A DNA stretch of 64,000 nucleotides from an uncultured bacterium (GTDB lineage Bacteria > UBP14 > UBA6098), in contig CAZSHG010000007.1 in assembly GCA_964606695.1 (NCBI GenBank), positions 2,456 through 66,455 on the forward strand, given 5' to 3'. The notes beneath the pieces are model-generated. The model made no database searches. It saw nothing but the letters and a program-made list of their open reading frames with translations, and was not told the DNA's origin. Of the stretch, positions 41,936-50,457 are shown piece by piece; position 1 is the stretch's first letter; every line of letters starts with the position of its first letter. The translations under genes and the position numbers were made by a program.

Positions 41936-43501
41936 ATGAACTGGCTCATTGGAATAATAGCTGGATTAGTCGTCGGAATAGCCGGCGGATATTTTATTGG
42001 TTTGGCTTTCGTCCGAAGAACGGGACGTAACCGAATCAGCGACGCCGAAGCCAAAGCAAAAAAGATAATAGAGGAGGCACAGCACAAATCCGAAATCAAG
42101 TTGAAGGAAGCGGAACTCGCATCTAAAGATAAACTGATTCAGATGAAACAGGATTTCGAGCGGGAGACGCAATCCAAACACAACGAGATTCGGCGGGAGG
42201 AGAGAAAATTATCGGAGAAACAGGCCTCTATCGAGCGCAAGATGGATCTTCTGAGGAAAAAGGACAGAGATTCTCAATCGCGCGAGAGACTATTGGCACA
42301 ACAGGAGAAACAGATTCGTCAGAAACAGAACGAGCTCGAAGAATTATTCGAGCGCCAGAACCGGCAACTTGAAAGAATAGCCGGAATGAGCGCCGAGGAG
42401 GCCAAACAACTTCTTATTCAGAACCTCGAGCAGGAAGCCCGAGCCGATGCCGCGAAAATAATCCGCAATATTCGTGAAAAAGCGGAAGCCAATGCGGAAC
42501 GCGAGGCGCGGCAGATTATTATCGATTCTATACAACGCTGTGCCGCCGATACGACCGTGGAATCGACCGTTAGCGTCGTAAGTTTACCCTCCGACGAGTT
42601 AAAAGGCCGAATCATCGGGCGGGAAGGGAGGAACATTCGCGCTTTTGAGATAGCTACCGGAGTCGATGTTATCGTTGACGATACGCCGGAAGCTGTCATT
42701 CTGTCTGGATTCGATCCCATACGAAGAGAGATAGCAAGGATATCTCTGGAGAAATTAATTCTGGACGGTAGAATCCACCCGGCGAGGATCGAGGAAAGCG
42801 TCAAGAAAGCCGAAAAGGAGATGGAAGTCATCATCCGTGAGGCCGGCGAACAGGCGTGTTTCGAGGTCGGTATCCACGATCTCGATCCCGAGCTCGTAAA
42901 TCTGATGGGACGGCTTAAATACAGGACTTCATACGGCCAGAACGTCCTGCAACATTCTATAGAAGTCGCTCATCTATCCGCACATATAGCAGATTTGCTG
43001 GAACTCGATCCTCAAACGGCACGTCGTTGCGGATTACTGCACGATATAGGCAAATCGATCGATCGCGGCCAGGAAGGCACACATACAGAACTTGGCCATG
43101 AGGTAGCTCGCAGGCATGGCGAAAGCCCGATCGTTCTTAATGCAATACTCGCTCACCATGCGGACGTGGAAGCTGAAACGCCCTACACTATAATTACGAT
43201 GGCTTCCGACGCTATTTCCGGGGCGCGTCCGGGCGCCCGACGCGAGACTTTGGAGAATTACGTCAAGCGACTCGAAAGGCTCGAAAAGGTAGCCGACGGG
43301 TTCTCTGGTGTCGAGAAATCATACGCGATTCAAGCGGGACGTGAGGTTCGGGTAATGGTCGTTCCTGACGAGGTTACTGATCAGGATTCCTCGTTCATGG
43401 CTTCCGAAATCGCGCAGAAAATCCAGGATGAACTGGAATATCCGGGACAGATAAAAGTAACCGTTATCCGCGAAACACGGGCGGTCGATTACGCGAAATA
43501 A
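41936..43501 (+). CDS. rny: Ribonuclease Y
   Basis: N-terminal TM, coiled coil, KH domain (RIIGREGRNIRAFE) and HD domain (LLHDIGKS); near-colinear with B. subtilis Rny. Confidence 0.9.
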   Translation: MNWLIGIIAGLVVGIAGGYFIGLAFVRRTGRNRISDAEAKAKKIIEEAQHKSEIKLKEAELASKDKLIQMKQDFERETQSKHNEIRREERKLSEKQASIERKMDLLRKKDRDSQSRERLLAQQEKQIRQKQNELEELFERQNRQLERIAGMSAEEAKQLLIQNLEQEARADAAKIIRNIREKAEANAEREARQIIIDSIQRCAADTTVESTVSVVSLPSDELKGRIIGREGRNIRAFEIATGVDVIVDDTPEAVILSGFDPIRREIARISLEKLILDGRIHPARIEESVKKAEKEMEVIIREAGEQACFEVGIHDLDPELVNLMGRLKYRTSYGQNVLQHSIEVAHLSAHIADLLELDPQTARRCGLLHDIGKSIDRGQEGTHTELGHEVARRHGESPIVLNAILAHHADVEAETPYTIITMASDAISGARPGARRETLENYVKRLERLEKVADGFSGVEKSYAIQAGREVRVMVVPDEVTDQDSSFMASEIAQKIQDELEYPGQIKVTVIRETRAVDYAK

Positions 43502-43522
43502 GCGTATCTCTTCCGATTACAG

Positions 43523-43552
43523 GGCGGCGTTTCAACGCGCCGCCTTTTTTAT
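43523..43552 (+). terminator. Rho-independent terminator after rny
   Basis: ggcggcg-tttcaac-gcgccgcc hairpin followed by ttttttatt. Confidence 0.5.
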
Positions 43553-43622
43553 TGAGTAAAAATCGTTTGCTAATTCGATTTTACACGATTATCTTCATTT
43601 CCCGCGAGAAGGCGCGGTTATT

Positions 43623-44438
43623 ATGCGAGTTTTATTCATTGGCGACATATTTGGGCAACCCGGCAAACGTGCGGTTCACGATTTACTACCGTTAATTGTC
43701 GAAGAACAATCTCCCGATATCATTATTGCCAACGGCGAGAATATAGCCGGCGGTTTCGGGATTACGATGAATCTGGCGAAAAAGCTTTTCCGATATGGCG
43801 TGGACGTTATTACCATGGGAAATCACATCTGGGACAGGTCGGACGCCGACGAGATAATGAATTCCGACATGAATATTCTCCGTCCGCTTAATTTTCCGCC
43901 GGGCAACCCGGGCAGGGGTAGCCTCGTTTTCGAGACTGAATTCGCGGGCAAGATAGGTGTAATTAATACTCAGGGACGCGTTTTCATGCGCTGTATCGAC
44001 GACCCGTTCCGTGCGACTTTGCGAGAAATCGAGAAACTTCAGGCAATCACGCCGATCATTCTTATCGACTTTCATGCGGAAGCGACTTCGGAGAAAAAGG
44101 CTTTTGGATTCTTCGTCGATGGGCAGGTCAGCGCGGTGATTGGCACCCATACTCATATCCAGACGACCGATAATCAAATTTTGCCCAAAGGAACGGCTTT
44201 TATAACCGACGTGGGAATGACCGGGGCGCACGAGTCGGTTATCGGAGTGAAACCGGAACTTGGGCTCCAATTTCTTCTTTCGGGACGAAACGTGCGTTTT
44301 TCGCCCGCAACGAATGATGTTCGTCTGCAAGGCGCGATTATCGATATTAACGAATACGGAGCGGCAGAATCTATAGAACGGCTCGATATACCTTATGAGG
44401 AGGATAATGGAGAAATACAACGAAATTCTGGAGATTAA
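43623..44438 (+). CDS. ymdB: YmdB-family metallophosphoesterase (2',3'-cyclic-nucleotide phosphodiesterase)
   Basis: MRVLFIGDIFGQPGKRAV N-terminus compared with B. subtilis YmdB MRILFIGDVVGSPGR; it follows rny as in Firmicutes. Confidence 0.8.
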   Translation: MRVLFIGDIFGQPGKRAVHDLLPLIVEEQSPDIIIANGENIAGGFGITMNLAKKLFRYGVDVITMGNHIWDRSDADEIMNSDMNILRPLNFPPGNPGRGSLVFETEFAGKIGVINTQGRVFMRCIDDPFRATLREIEKLQAITPIILIDFHAEATSEKKAFGFFVDGQVSAVIGTHTHIQTTDNQILPKGTAFITDVGMTGAHESVIGVKPELGLQFLLSGRNVRFSPATNDVRLQGAIIDINEYGAAESIERLDIPYEEDNGEIQRNSGD

Positions 44439-45291
44439 TATTGGCAGAGAACCTGATTTTCGCGGCAAAGTGCGCGATGTCTATGACCTGGGGAACAGAT
44501 TACTAATAGTTGCCACTGATCGTCTGAGCGCTTACGATGCTATTTTGCCGAATGGAATCCCCGGACGAGGCGTCGTGCTTACACAGATGTCCGATTTTTG
44601 GTTTAACCGGACTTCGGAATCGGTTCCCAACCATCTGATTACGACCGATTTCGATACTTTTCCCGAAGAACTCCGAAAGTTTCGTGATCAACTCGAAGGC
44701 CGCACTATGTTATGCAATAAGGCGGAGAGGATAGACATCGAATGCGTTGCGAGAGGCTATCTTGCGGGAAGCGGTTGGCGCGAATATGAAAAACACGGCA
44801 CCGTATGCGATATTGCTTTACCTGAGGGTCTGCTCGAGTCCGACCGCTTGCCGGAACCGATTTTCACTCCGGCTACAAAGGCCGAACAGGGCGACCACGA
44901 TGAGAATATCTCATTTAACCGAATGGTCGAGTTGGTGGGCAAAGACCTTGCTGAACGGCTACGTATGCTTACATTAAAACTTTACGACGACGCGGCAACA
45001 TACGCCCTTTCGCGAGGTATTATTATCGCCGATACGAAGTTTGAATTCGGATTCATCGAAGGCGAACTTTGCGTGATAGACGAGATGCTCTCGCCGGATT
45101 CCAGCCGTTTTTGGGACGCCCAGGAGTGGACGCCAGGACGGCCTCAGGACAGTTACGACAAACAATATGTCCGCGACTGGCTGGCTAATTCCGGGTTCAC
45201 GGGCGAAGGCGAACCTCCGAGGTTACCGGGTGAAGTTGTTACCGGGACTATTAGGCGATATGAAGAAGTCCGGAACAGGCTTATTGGTTAA
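44407..45291 (+). CDS. purC: Phosphoribosylaminoimidazole-succinocarboxamide (SAICAR) synthase
   Basis: GKVRDVYD...LLIVATDRLSAYD motif; GAGGAGG RBS before the ATG at 44407; it overlaps the ymdB 3' end by 32 nt. Confidence 0.85.
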   Translation: MEKYNEILEINIGREPDFRGKVRDVYDLGNRLLIVATDRLSAYDAILPNGIPGRGVVLTQMSDFWFNRTSESVPNHLITTDFDTFPEELRKFRDQLEGRTMLCNKAERIDIECVARGYLAGSGWREYEKHGTVCDIALPEGLLESDRLPEPIFTPATKAEQGDHDENISFNRMVELVGKDLAERLRMLTLKLYDDAATYALSRGIIIADTKFEFGFIEGELCVIDEMLSPDSSRFWDAQEWTPGRPQDSYDKQYVRDWLANSGFTGEGEPPRLPGEVVTGTIRRYEEVRNRLIG

Positions 45292-45412
45292 ATTTAATTA
45301 GCTTTTTGGTAACTGAAATCGGTTCAAAAAAAATTCTTTACCGAAAACATAACTTGAATTCGAGTAAATCATCTACATATTATTATTAGCGTGAAAGAAA
45401 AATGGAGGAAAG

Positions 45413-46087
45413 ATGAAAAAAAGAATAACCTATTTAGTTTTATTTCTATTGAGCTTTTCGGTTGCTTTCGCGGTCGTAATAGACATCGTTCGAATTAGCG
45501 ATGTGCCGCTTATACTCGATATCAACGTCTATAATGACGGGGAACCGCCTGTCGAAATAACCGATTTCCATTTCAGCGTATCACCTCCTTGCGAGGTAGT
45601 GGCCGCGGAAGGCCCTCCAGGATGGACTCTACGATACGCATTGCCAAACAGTTTCGTCGAAATGGACGCTGGCGACGGCGCGGAGATTCCGCCGGGAGGT
45701 TCCGGGTCGTTCAGGGTTACGCTCGAAGGGCCCTGCGAAGACGCCAGTTATACCTTGTATTTAACCAGTCCCGAAGGTGTGATCCCTGGAAGCGAGCAGG
45801 AAGGTCCTCTGGGGCCTTTGGACGTTGGGACGGGAGTTAGACCGGAAAATATCGAGATCGAAATCTCGCCCAATCCATTCAACTCGTCGTGTGCTATTTC
45901 GGTTCCTGCGCGTGCCCGGATTGTTATTTACGACCTAACCGGACAGATTATAGATAAATTCGACTGCGGCTGTTCGAGAACTACATGGACATGGCGTCCA
46001 GATGAGAACCGGCCATCGGGAATATACCTTGTAAAGGCAACTCTGGGCGATTTAACTCTGACTAAACGCCTCGTTTATATGAAATAG
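45413..46087 (+). CDS. Secreted protein with a C-terminal FlgD-Ig-like / T9SS-type sorting domain
   Basis: Signal peptide. C-terminus SPNPFNSSCAISVP...IVIYDLTGQIIDKF...WTWRPDENRPSGIYLVKATLGDLTLTKRLVYMK. Confidence 0.6.
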   Translation: MKKRITYLVLFLLSFSVAFAVVIDIVRISDVPLILDINVYNDGEPPVEITDFHFSVSPPCEVVAAEGPPGWTLRYALPNSFVEMDAGDGAEIPPGGSGSFRVTLEGPCEDASYTLYLTSPEGVIPGSEQEGPLGPLDVGTGVRPENIEIEISPNPFNSSCAISVPARARIVIYDLTGQIIDKFDCGCSRTTWTWRPDENRPSGIYLVKATLGDLTLTKRLVYMK

Positions 46088-46161
46088 GCTAATCGGGAAT
46101 CGATATTAGTGTGGGAGAATCCCGCCATTTTCGGGTTTTTTCTGAAGTATCGTTCTTCCCG

Positions 46162-46272
46162 ATCCAACCGGCTGTCACAGTTCTTGCTATTCTCAAACCA
46201 GTTTTTCACCTAATCTCAGAAGGCAAGAACTGCGCCAGCCTGCGCTATGACCGCTGTCACGCTACGTGCCAC
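46162..46272. repeat. Structured intergenic repeat element, copy B (reverse-complement copy of 13701..13834)
   Basis: Blocks gctgtcacagttcttgctat and gcaagaactgcgccag (inverted repeat), then a second gctgtcacgctac (direct repeat); about 70% identity to rc(A), with long identical blocks. Confidence 0.5.
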
Positions 46273-46439
46273 ATTTTCTTTTAATTTAGGAATTTTCTCG
46301 TTGGATGCACGTATCGCGCCAGCGGCCTTTTATGTTGGAGTTTCAACCTACGGGCTTATCCTTTTTAATAGACGGCACCCAATTTTCGAAAGGGATTCGG
46401 CGATTTTTCAATGAATACAGTTTGTTTTTCAACGGTATG

Positions 46440-46625
46440 ATATAGCTTTTAATAAACTACATATCGATTTTAATGAACAACACATCGTTTTTCCCAAACC
46501 ACATATCGTTTCTAATAACATACATTTAGGATTTCCAAACATATACTTAGTTTTGCAAAAACATCTCATCGTTTTTAAAAAAGTCCATTTAGTATTTACG
46601 AAACTATTTAGCCGTTTTTGAGGAC
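46440..46625. repeat. Tandem array of about 9 imperfect ~21 bp AT-rich repeats (consensus roughly ATCGTTTTt-AAaaACAcAT), immediately 3' of the HTH gene
   Basis: Successive units read atatcgattttaatgaacaacac / atcgtttttcccaaaccac / atatcgtttctaataacatac / atttaggatttccaaacatatac / ttagttttgcaaaaacatctc / atcgtttttaaaaaagtcc / atttagtatttacgaaacta / tttagccgtttttgagg. Confidence 0.5.
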
Positions 46626-46631
46626 TTTTTT

Positions 46632-46964
46632 TCAAGGCGGAAGCTTCACACGACGTTTTTCGTAAAGCATGTCATCCTCGGGAGGGATTCTTTCTAAAAC
46701 GACGCGAAAGCCGCAAGCGCCTGCAACCGCGACAAAGGTCGAAAATCGAAGCGACTTAGTTCTCCGATTCATGAAATTGCTGATCGAAGATTGAGCCATT
46801 CCGGTTACACGCGCGATTGTCGCCTGATTGACACCCGCTGTGCCGTCCTTTATTATCTCGATAAGCTCCTCGTGAACCCGGTTTATCTCTGGTTCCCAGA
46901 ACACACGCATTTTGGCCCTGGTTTCTCTTGCCATGCGCCTTCTCTCCTTCCTGCGCGCCACCAT
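46632..46964 (-). CDS. Helix-turn-helix (XRE/Cro-like) DNA-binding protein
   Basis: VNQATIARVTGMAQSSISNFMN HTH core; basic N-terminus. Confidence 0.55.
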   Translation of the reverse strand: MVARRKERRRMARETRAKMRVFWEPEINRVHEELIEIIKDGTAGVNQATIARVTGMAQSSISNFMNRRTKSLRFSTFVAVAGACGFRVVLERIPPEDDMLYEKRRVKLPP

Positions 46965-47103
46965 GGCTTCATATTCTTCTCGAATACCCCTCTCATCTCC
47001 CTTCGATTAATTTCAAATTGAATATATGGGATTGCGGAAGGCAAATCAAGAGATTCCCCTCGATAATAGCTTCGGCGTCTCGACGCGGGGTATTTCGATT
47101 TCA

Positions 47104-47143
47104 TCACAAAAAAGCACCGCCTTCCGAGGGGAGAAGGCGGCGC
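47104..47143 (-). terminator. Rho-independent terminator closing the gdh operon
   Basis: Minus strand: gcgccgccttctcccctcggaaggcggtgc followed by ttttttgtg. Confidence 0.5.
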
Positions 47144-47197
47144 AGTGTGTGAACGCAACCCAAAGGAGCCATTTCTGAAGCATGCGTTCACTTTATA

Positions 47198-48466
47198 TTA
47201 AGGGAAAACACCTTTGCTTTTGTAAATCTTTTCCAAAATTGACAATGCCTTTATATAAGCGGCGTTTCTGTGCGTTGTCTCGTATTCTTCGGAGGCATCT
47301 TCGACGATTTTATATGCCGCCAGCATCTTCTTTTTTAGCATTGATTCCAGGTCGTCGGCCTCGAATTTCTCGCATCGTTTATTTTGAAGCCACTCGAAAT
47401 AGCTGAGGACAAGGGAACCTGAATTTGAAATGATATCTGGCATGATGTCGATGCCACGGTCTTCCAGGATGATGTCCGCCTCGGTATCGACCGGCGCGCT
47501 TGTGGCCTCCACGATGAGTTTCGTGTTGAGCGATTTTGCGTTCGACCCGCCAACCTGATGTTCCAACGCGGCGAAGATCATCATATCGACGCCTGTTTGC
47601 AGAAAATCGTCGTGCGAAATACGCTCCCCGCGAGGGTATCCGCTGATTCGCCCGAATTTCTTCTTGTAAAACAATAGTTCCGGGACGTCGATGCCGTCCT
47701 TGTCGCGGAAAGCTCCGCCGCTGTCCTCGATAGCGACTAACGAGCATCCGTTATCACTCAATATATTGGCTATATTCGATCCGATCTTGCCGAACCCCTG
47801 AAGTGAATATGTCATTCCCTTTAGTTCGAGGCCTTTGTTTTCGCACCATGCTTTGATTAAAAACATGTTGCTTTTCGCCTGCAATTCGTTGTAATTAGGC
47901 AGGCCTCCAAGCGTTTCGGGTTTGCCGGTAACTACGTGACGATAACAGTTAAGCTGGTCGGGAGAAACCTCGGTCAGGTAGGAATCGAGTATCCATGACA
48001 TGATTCGCGGATTGGAATTTATATCCGGTGTGATGACGTCGTATTCCGGGTCGATATTCGACCTGACGGCGTATGTGTATCTCCGAATGGTTCTTTCCAG
48101 ATCGACACCGGAGAATTCACCCGGCGATGCCGCAATACCGCCCATCGAACCGCCGAATGGTAAATCGAGCAAGGTGGCTTTCCACGTGTTCCATGACGCC
48201 AGGGCTTTCATCTGTGTGAGATTTACGCTGGGGTGAATCCGGAGGCCGCCTATAAACGGCCCCCGGATGTTATTATGTTGGACACGATAACCACTCAGAA
48301 TCTCCACGTCGCCACTTTCCATCTGCACCGGGAAATTAAATGTTATCTCATTCATAGACTTCCCAAGGATGCGAAGTATGTTAATATCCAGGCCGATATG
48401 GTCGGCGGCGCTGTGGAATTGCTCCACCATTGTTCCGTGGATATTCGATATGGTCAGCATGTCCAA
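47198..48466 (-). CDS. Glutamate dehydrogenase-family paralog lacking both conserved active-site lysines (GPFIGGLR and PFGGSMGG); likely non-catalytic or altered function
   Basis: Full-length Glu/Leu/Phe/Val-DH fold with an intact Rossmann GFGKIG motif and the C-terminal SYFEWLQN. The Lys89-equivalent is Ile and the Lys125-equivalent is Met. Confidence 0.8.
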   Translation of the reverse strand: MDMLTISNIHGTMVEQFHSAADHIGLDINILRILGKSMNEITFNFPVQMESGDVEILSGYRVQHNNIRGPFIGGLRIHPSVNLTQMKALASWNTWKATLLDLPFGGSMGGIAASPGEFSGVDLERTIRRYTYAVRSNIDPEYDVITPDINSNPRIMSWILDSYLTEVSPDQLNCYRHVVTGKPETLGGLPNYNELQAKSNMFLIKAWCENKGLELKGMTYSLQGFGKIGSNIANILSDNGCSLVAIEDSGGAFRDKDGIDVPELLFYKKKFGRISGYPRGERISHDDFLQTGVDMMIFAALEHQVGGSNAKSLNTKLIVEATSAPVDTEADIILEDRGIDIMPDIISNSGSLVLSYFEWLQNKRCEKFEADDLESMLKKKMLAAYKIVEDASEEYETTHRNAAYIKALSILEKIYKSKGVFP

Positions 48467-48508
48467 TCCTTTTTGTTCATCTTCGATAAAATTCGATATT
48501 GCGACTCA

Positions 48509-49801
48509 TCAGGGGAAAATTCCACGTTCGCGATATACCTTTTCGAGGCTCTTGATAGCTACAACGTAAGCCGCGGTTCGCCAATCGGTTTCGTGCTGAT
48601 CCGCGATTTCCTTCACGCGATGGTATCCGCCGATGATCTTCTTGTGGAGTTTCGTATCGACCTCGTTGAGATCCCAGTGCTCGCTTCGTTTGTTCTGTAG
48701 CCACTCGAAGTAACTCACGACGACTCCGCCTGCGTTGCAGAGGATATCGGGGATGACGTCGATTCCGCGTTCGAATAGAATCTGATCGCCCTCGGGATCG
48801 GTTGGGCCGTTAGCGCCTTCAGCAATCATTCTGACGTTCAGATCTTTCGCGGTTTCGCCGTTTATCTGGTTTTCCAGAGCCGCCGGAATGAAGATGTCGG
48901 CTTTGGTCTTCAAGAATGTGTCGTGGTCGATCTCTTTCGTTCCGGGGAAACCGGCAACTCCGCCTGTTTTTGCGACGTGGTATGTGAGAGCGTCGGCGTC
49001 GATGCCGTCCGCGCTGTAAATTGCGCCGGTAACGTCTTCGGCGGCGAGGAGTTTCGCGCCGTGTTCTTTCATCAGGCGAGCCGCCCACGAACCTACGTTA
49101 CCGAAACCCTGCACGAAGTATGTCGAACCGTTCAGGTCGAAGTTCTTATCCGAAGCCCACTGTTCGATTGTGAACATGACGCCCTGGCCGGTGGCCTTGT
49201 CGCGTCCCAGGCTTCCGCCACTCTCGATGGGCTTGCCGGTAACGACATGCGTGCACCTGTTGCGGTCCATCGGCGGCATCATCGACAGGTAGGTGTCGAG
49301 TATCCAGGCCATGATCTGCGGTGTGGTGTTGACGTCGGGAGCCGGAATGTCATATTCCGGGCCGATGTTATTGCCCAGCGCATAGGTGAACCTTCGCGTG
49401 ATTCGTTCCAGCTCTTTCTTACTATACTTGGCAGGATCCATCTGAATTCCGCCCTTGCCGCCGCCGAAGGGAATCCCCACGATTGCGGATTTCCAGGTCA
49501 TCCATGTGGCCAACGCGCGGACCTCGTTCAGATCGACGTCCGGGTGGAAACGCAGTCCGCCTTTGTAGGGGCCGAGGATATTATTGTGCTGAACTCGATA
49601 GCCGGTGAACATCTCGATTTTCCCGTTATCCATGCGGACGGGGAAATTGACGACGATCTCGTTAGTCGTGTTAGAGAGTATTCGCCGGATGTTCTCGTCC
49701 AGGCCGATTAAATCGGCGGCTTTGCTGAACTGCCGTTCGACGTTCTCGTAAACGTTCGATTTACGAACCTTTTTCTCGACAGCTTCTTTTACTGCTTTCA
49801 T
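48509..49801 (-). CDS. gdhA: Glutamate dehydrogenase (canonical)
   Basis: GPYKGGLRFHP, PFGGGKGG, GFGNVG and VVSYFEWLQN motifs; 430 aa. Confidence 0.85.
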   Translation of the reverse strand: MKAVKEAVEKKVRKSNVYENVERQFSKAADLIGLDENIRRILSNTTNEIVVNFPVRMDNGKIEMFTGYRVQHNNILGPYKGGLRFHPDVDLNEVRALATWMTWKSAIVGIPFGGGKGGIQMDPAKYSKKELERITRRFTYALGNNIGPEYDIPAPDVNTTPQIMAWILDTYLSMMPPMDRNRCTHVVTGKPIESGGSLGRDKATGQGVMFTIEQWASDKNFDLNGSTYFVQGFGNVGSWAARLMKEHGAKLLAAEDVTGAIYSADGIDADALTYHVAKTGGVAGFPGTKEIDHDTFLKTKADIFIPAALENQINGETAKDLNVRMIAEGANGPTDPEGDQILFERGIDVIPDILCNAGGVVVSYFEWLQNKRSEHWDLNEVDTKLHKKIIGGYHRVKEIADQHETDWRTAAYVVAIKSLEKVYRERGIFP

Positions 49802-49813
49802 TGTAGATTCCTC

Positions 49814-50164
49814 CTATCTGTATTCTTCACAATGCCATACGCCGCTTTCCGGTTTCGGGAAAGTGCATGTGTGGCGGTTTTCGCAATTTACGCATAGACC
49901 TTTGAATTTCTGATCCTCCACAGGTTCGGTGGCTTCGGCCTTCTCCGCCGGTTTGTGTGCCGAGACGGGTGTTAACCCGCAATCGAACTCCTCGCAGTAG
50001 AGGATGGGTTCTTCGGCGCTTTGAAGGAATATGCAGTCATCCGCGTGTATGCAGGTTGCGCATAATCCTTTCGCCTTGATTTCCTCGCGCGAACAAGACG
50101 GCTTTTCGGCGGTCTCGACGCGAGGTCTTTTCAGCGTCCTTTCTTTTGTTTCTACAGCACTCAT
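49814..50164 (-). CDS. Cys-rich small protein with two tandem KGLCxxC-x5-C-x11-14-CEE(F/Y) modules; unknown function
   Basis: KAKGLCATCIHADDCIF...YCEEFD and KFKGLCVNCENRHTCTF...HCEEYR. Strong TAGGAGGT RBS before the ATG at 50164; the ORF-track start at 50209 would leave no leader. Confidence 0.5.
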   Translation of the reverse strand: MSAVETKERTLKRPRVETAEKPSCSREEIKAKGLCATCIHADDCIFLQSAEEPILYCEEFDCGLTPVSAHKPAEKAEATEPVEDQKFKGLCVNCENRHTCTFPKPESGVWHCEEYR

Positions 50165-50221
50165 TTCAATACCTCCTAATTGGAATTGATTTTGTCGAAT
50201 TTCAAACAACCAATCCCTATT

Positions 50222-50241
50222 AAGGCTTGAAGCGTGCCAAT
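50222..50241 (-). promoter_or_regulatory. Candidate sigma-54 (-24/-12) promoter for the Cys-rich/gdh operon
   Basis: Minus strand reads TTGGCACGCTTCAAGCC (TGGCAC-N5-AAGC, obeying the GG-N10-GC rule); about 60 nt upstream of the 50164 ATG. Confidence 0.4.
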
Positions 50242-50457
50242 TGTGAAAAAGACGTTAAGACTTCATCTAATTATTCGAGGGAGATATCCTGCATCCTTTT
50301 GTATAATAAGGTGTTATAGGTGAAAGAAATATTTTTTTAGACAGTCGTTTTTTTCTGTTTTTCGATGCGAAAAACAGGTTGGTTTTTGGGGGGAATTTCC
50401 CCGCCGGGGAGTATTTCCCCGGCTCGGTATGGTTATATTAATGGGGTTTGGTGATAA

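Noticed and set aside
46440-46625. Possible CRISPR array
   Set aside because: The repeats are degenerate and directly abutting, with no unique spacers and no cas genes in the window.
46429-46635. 68 aa K/C-rich minus-strand ORF
   Set aside because: It lies wholly within the 21 bp tandem-repeat array; its periodic composition is an artefact of translating the repeats.
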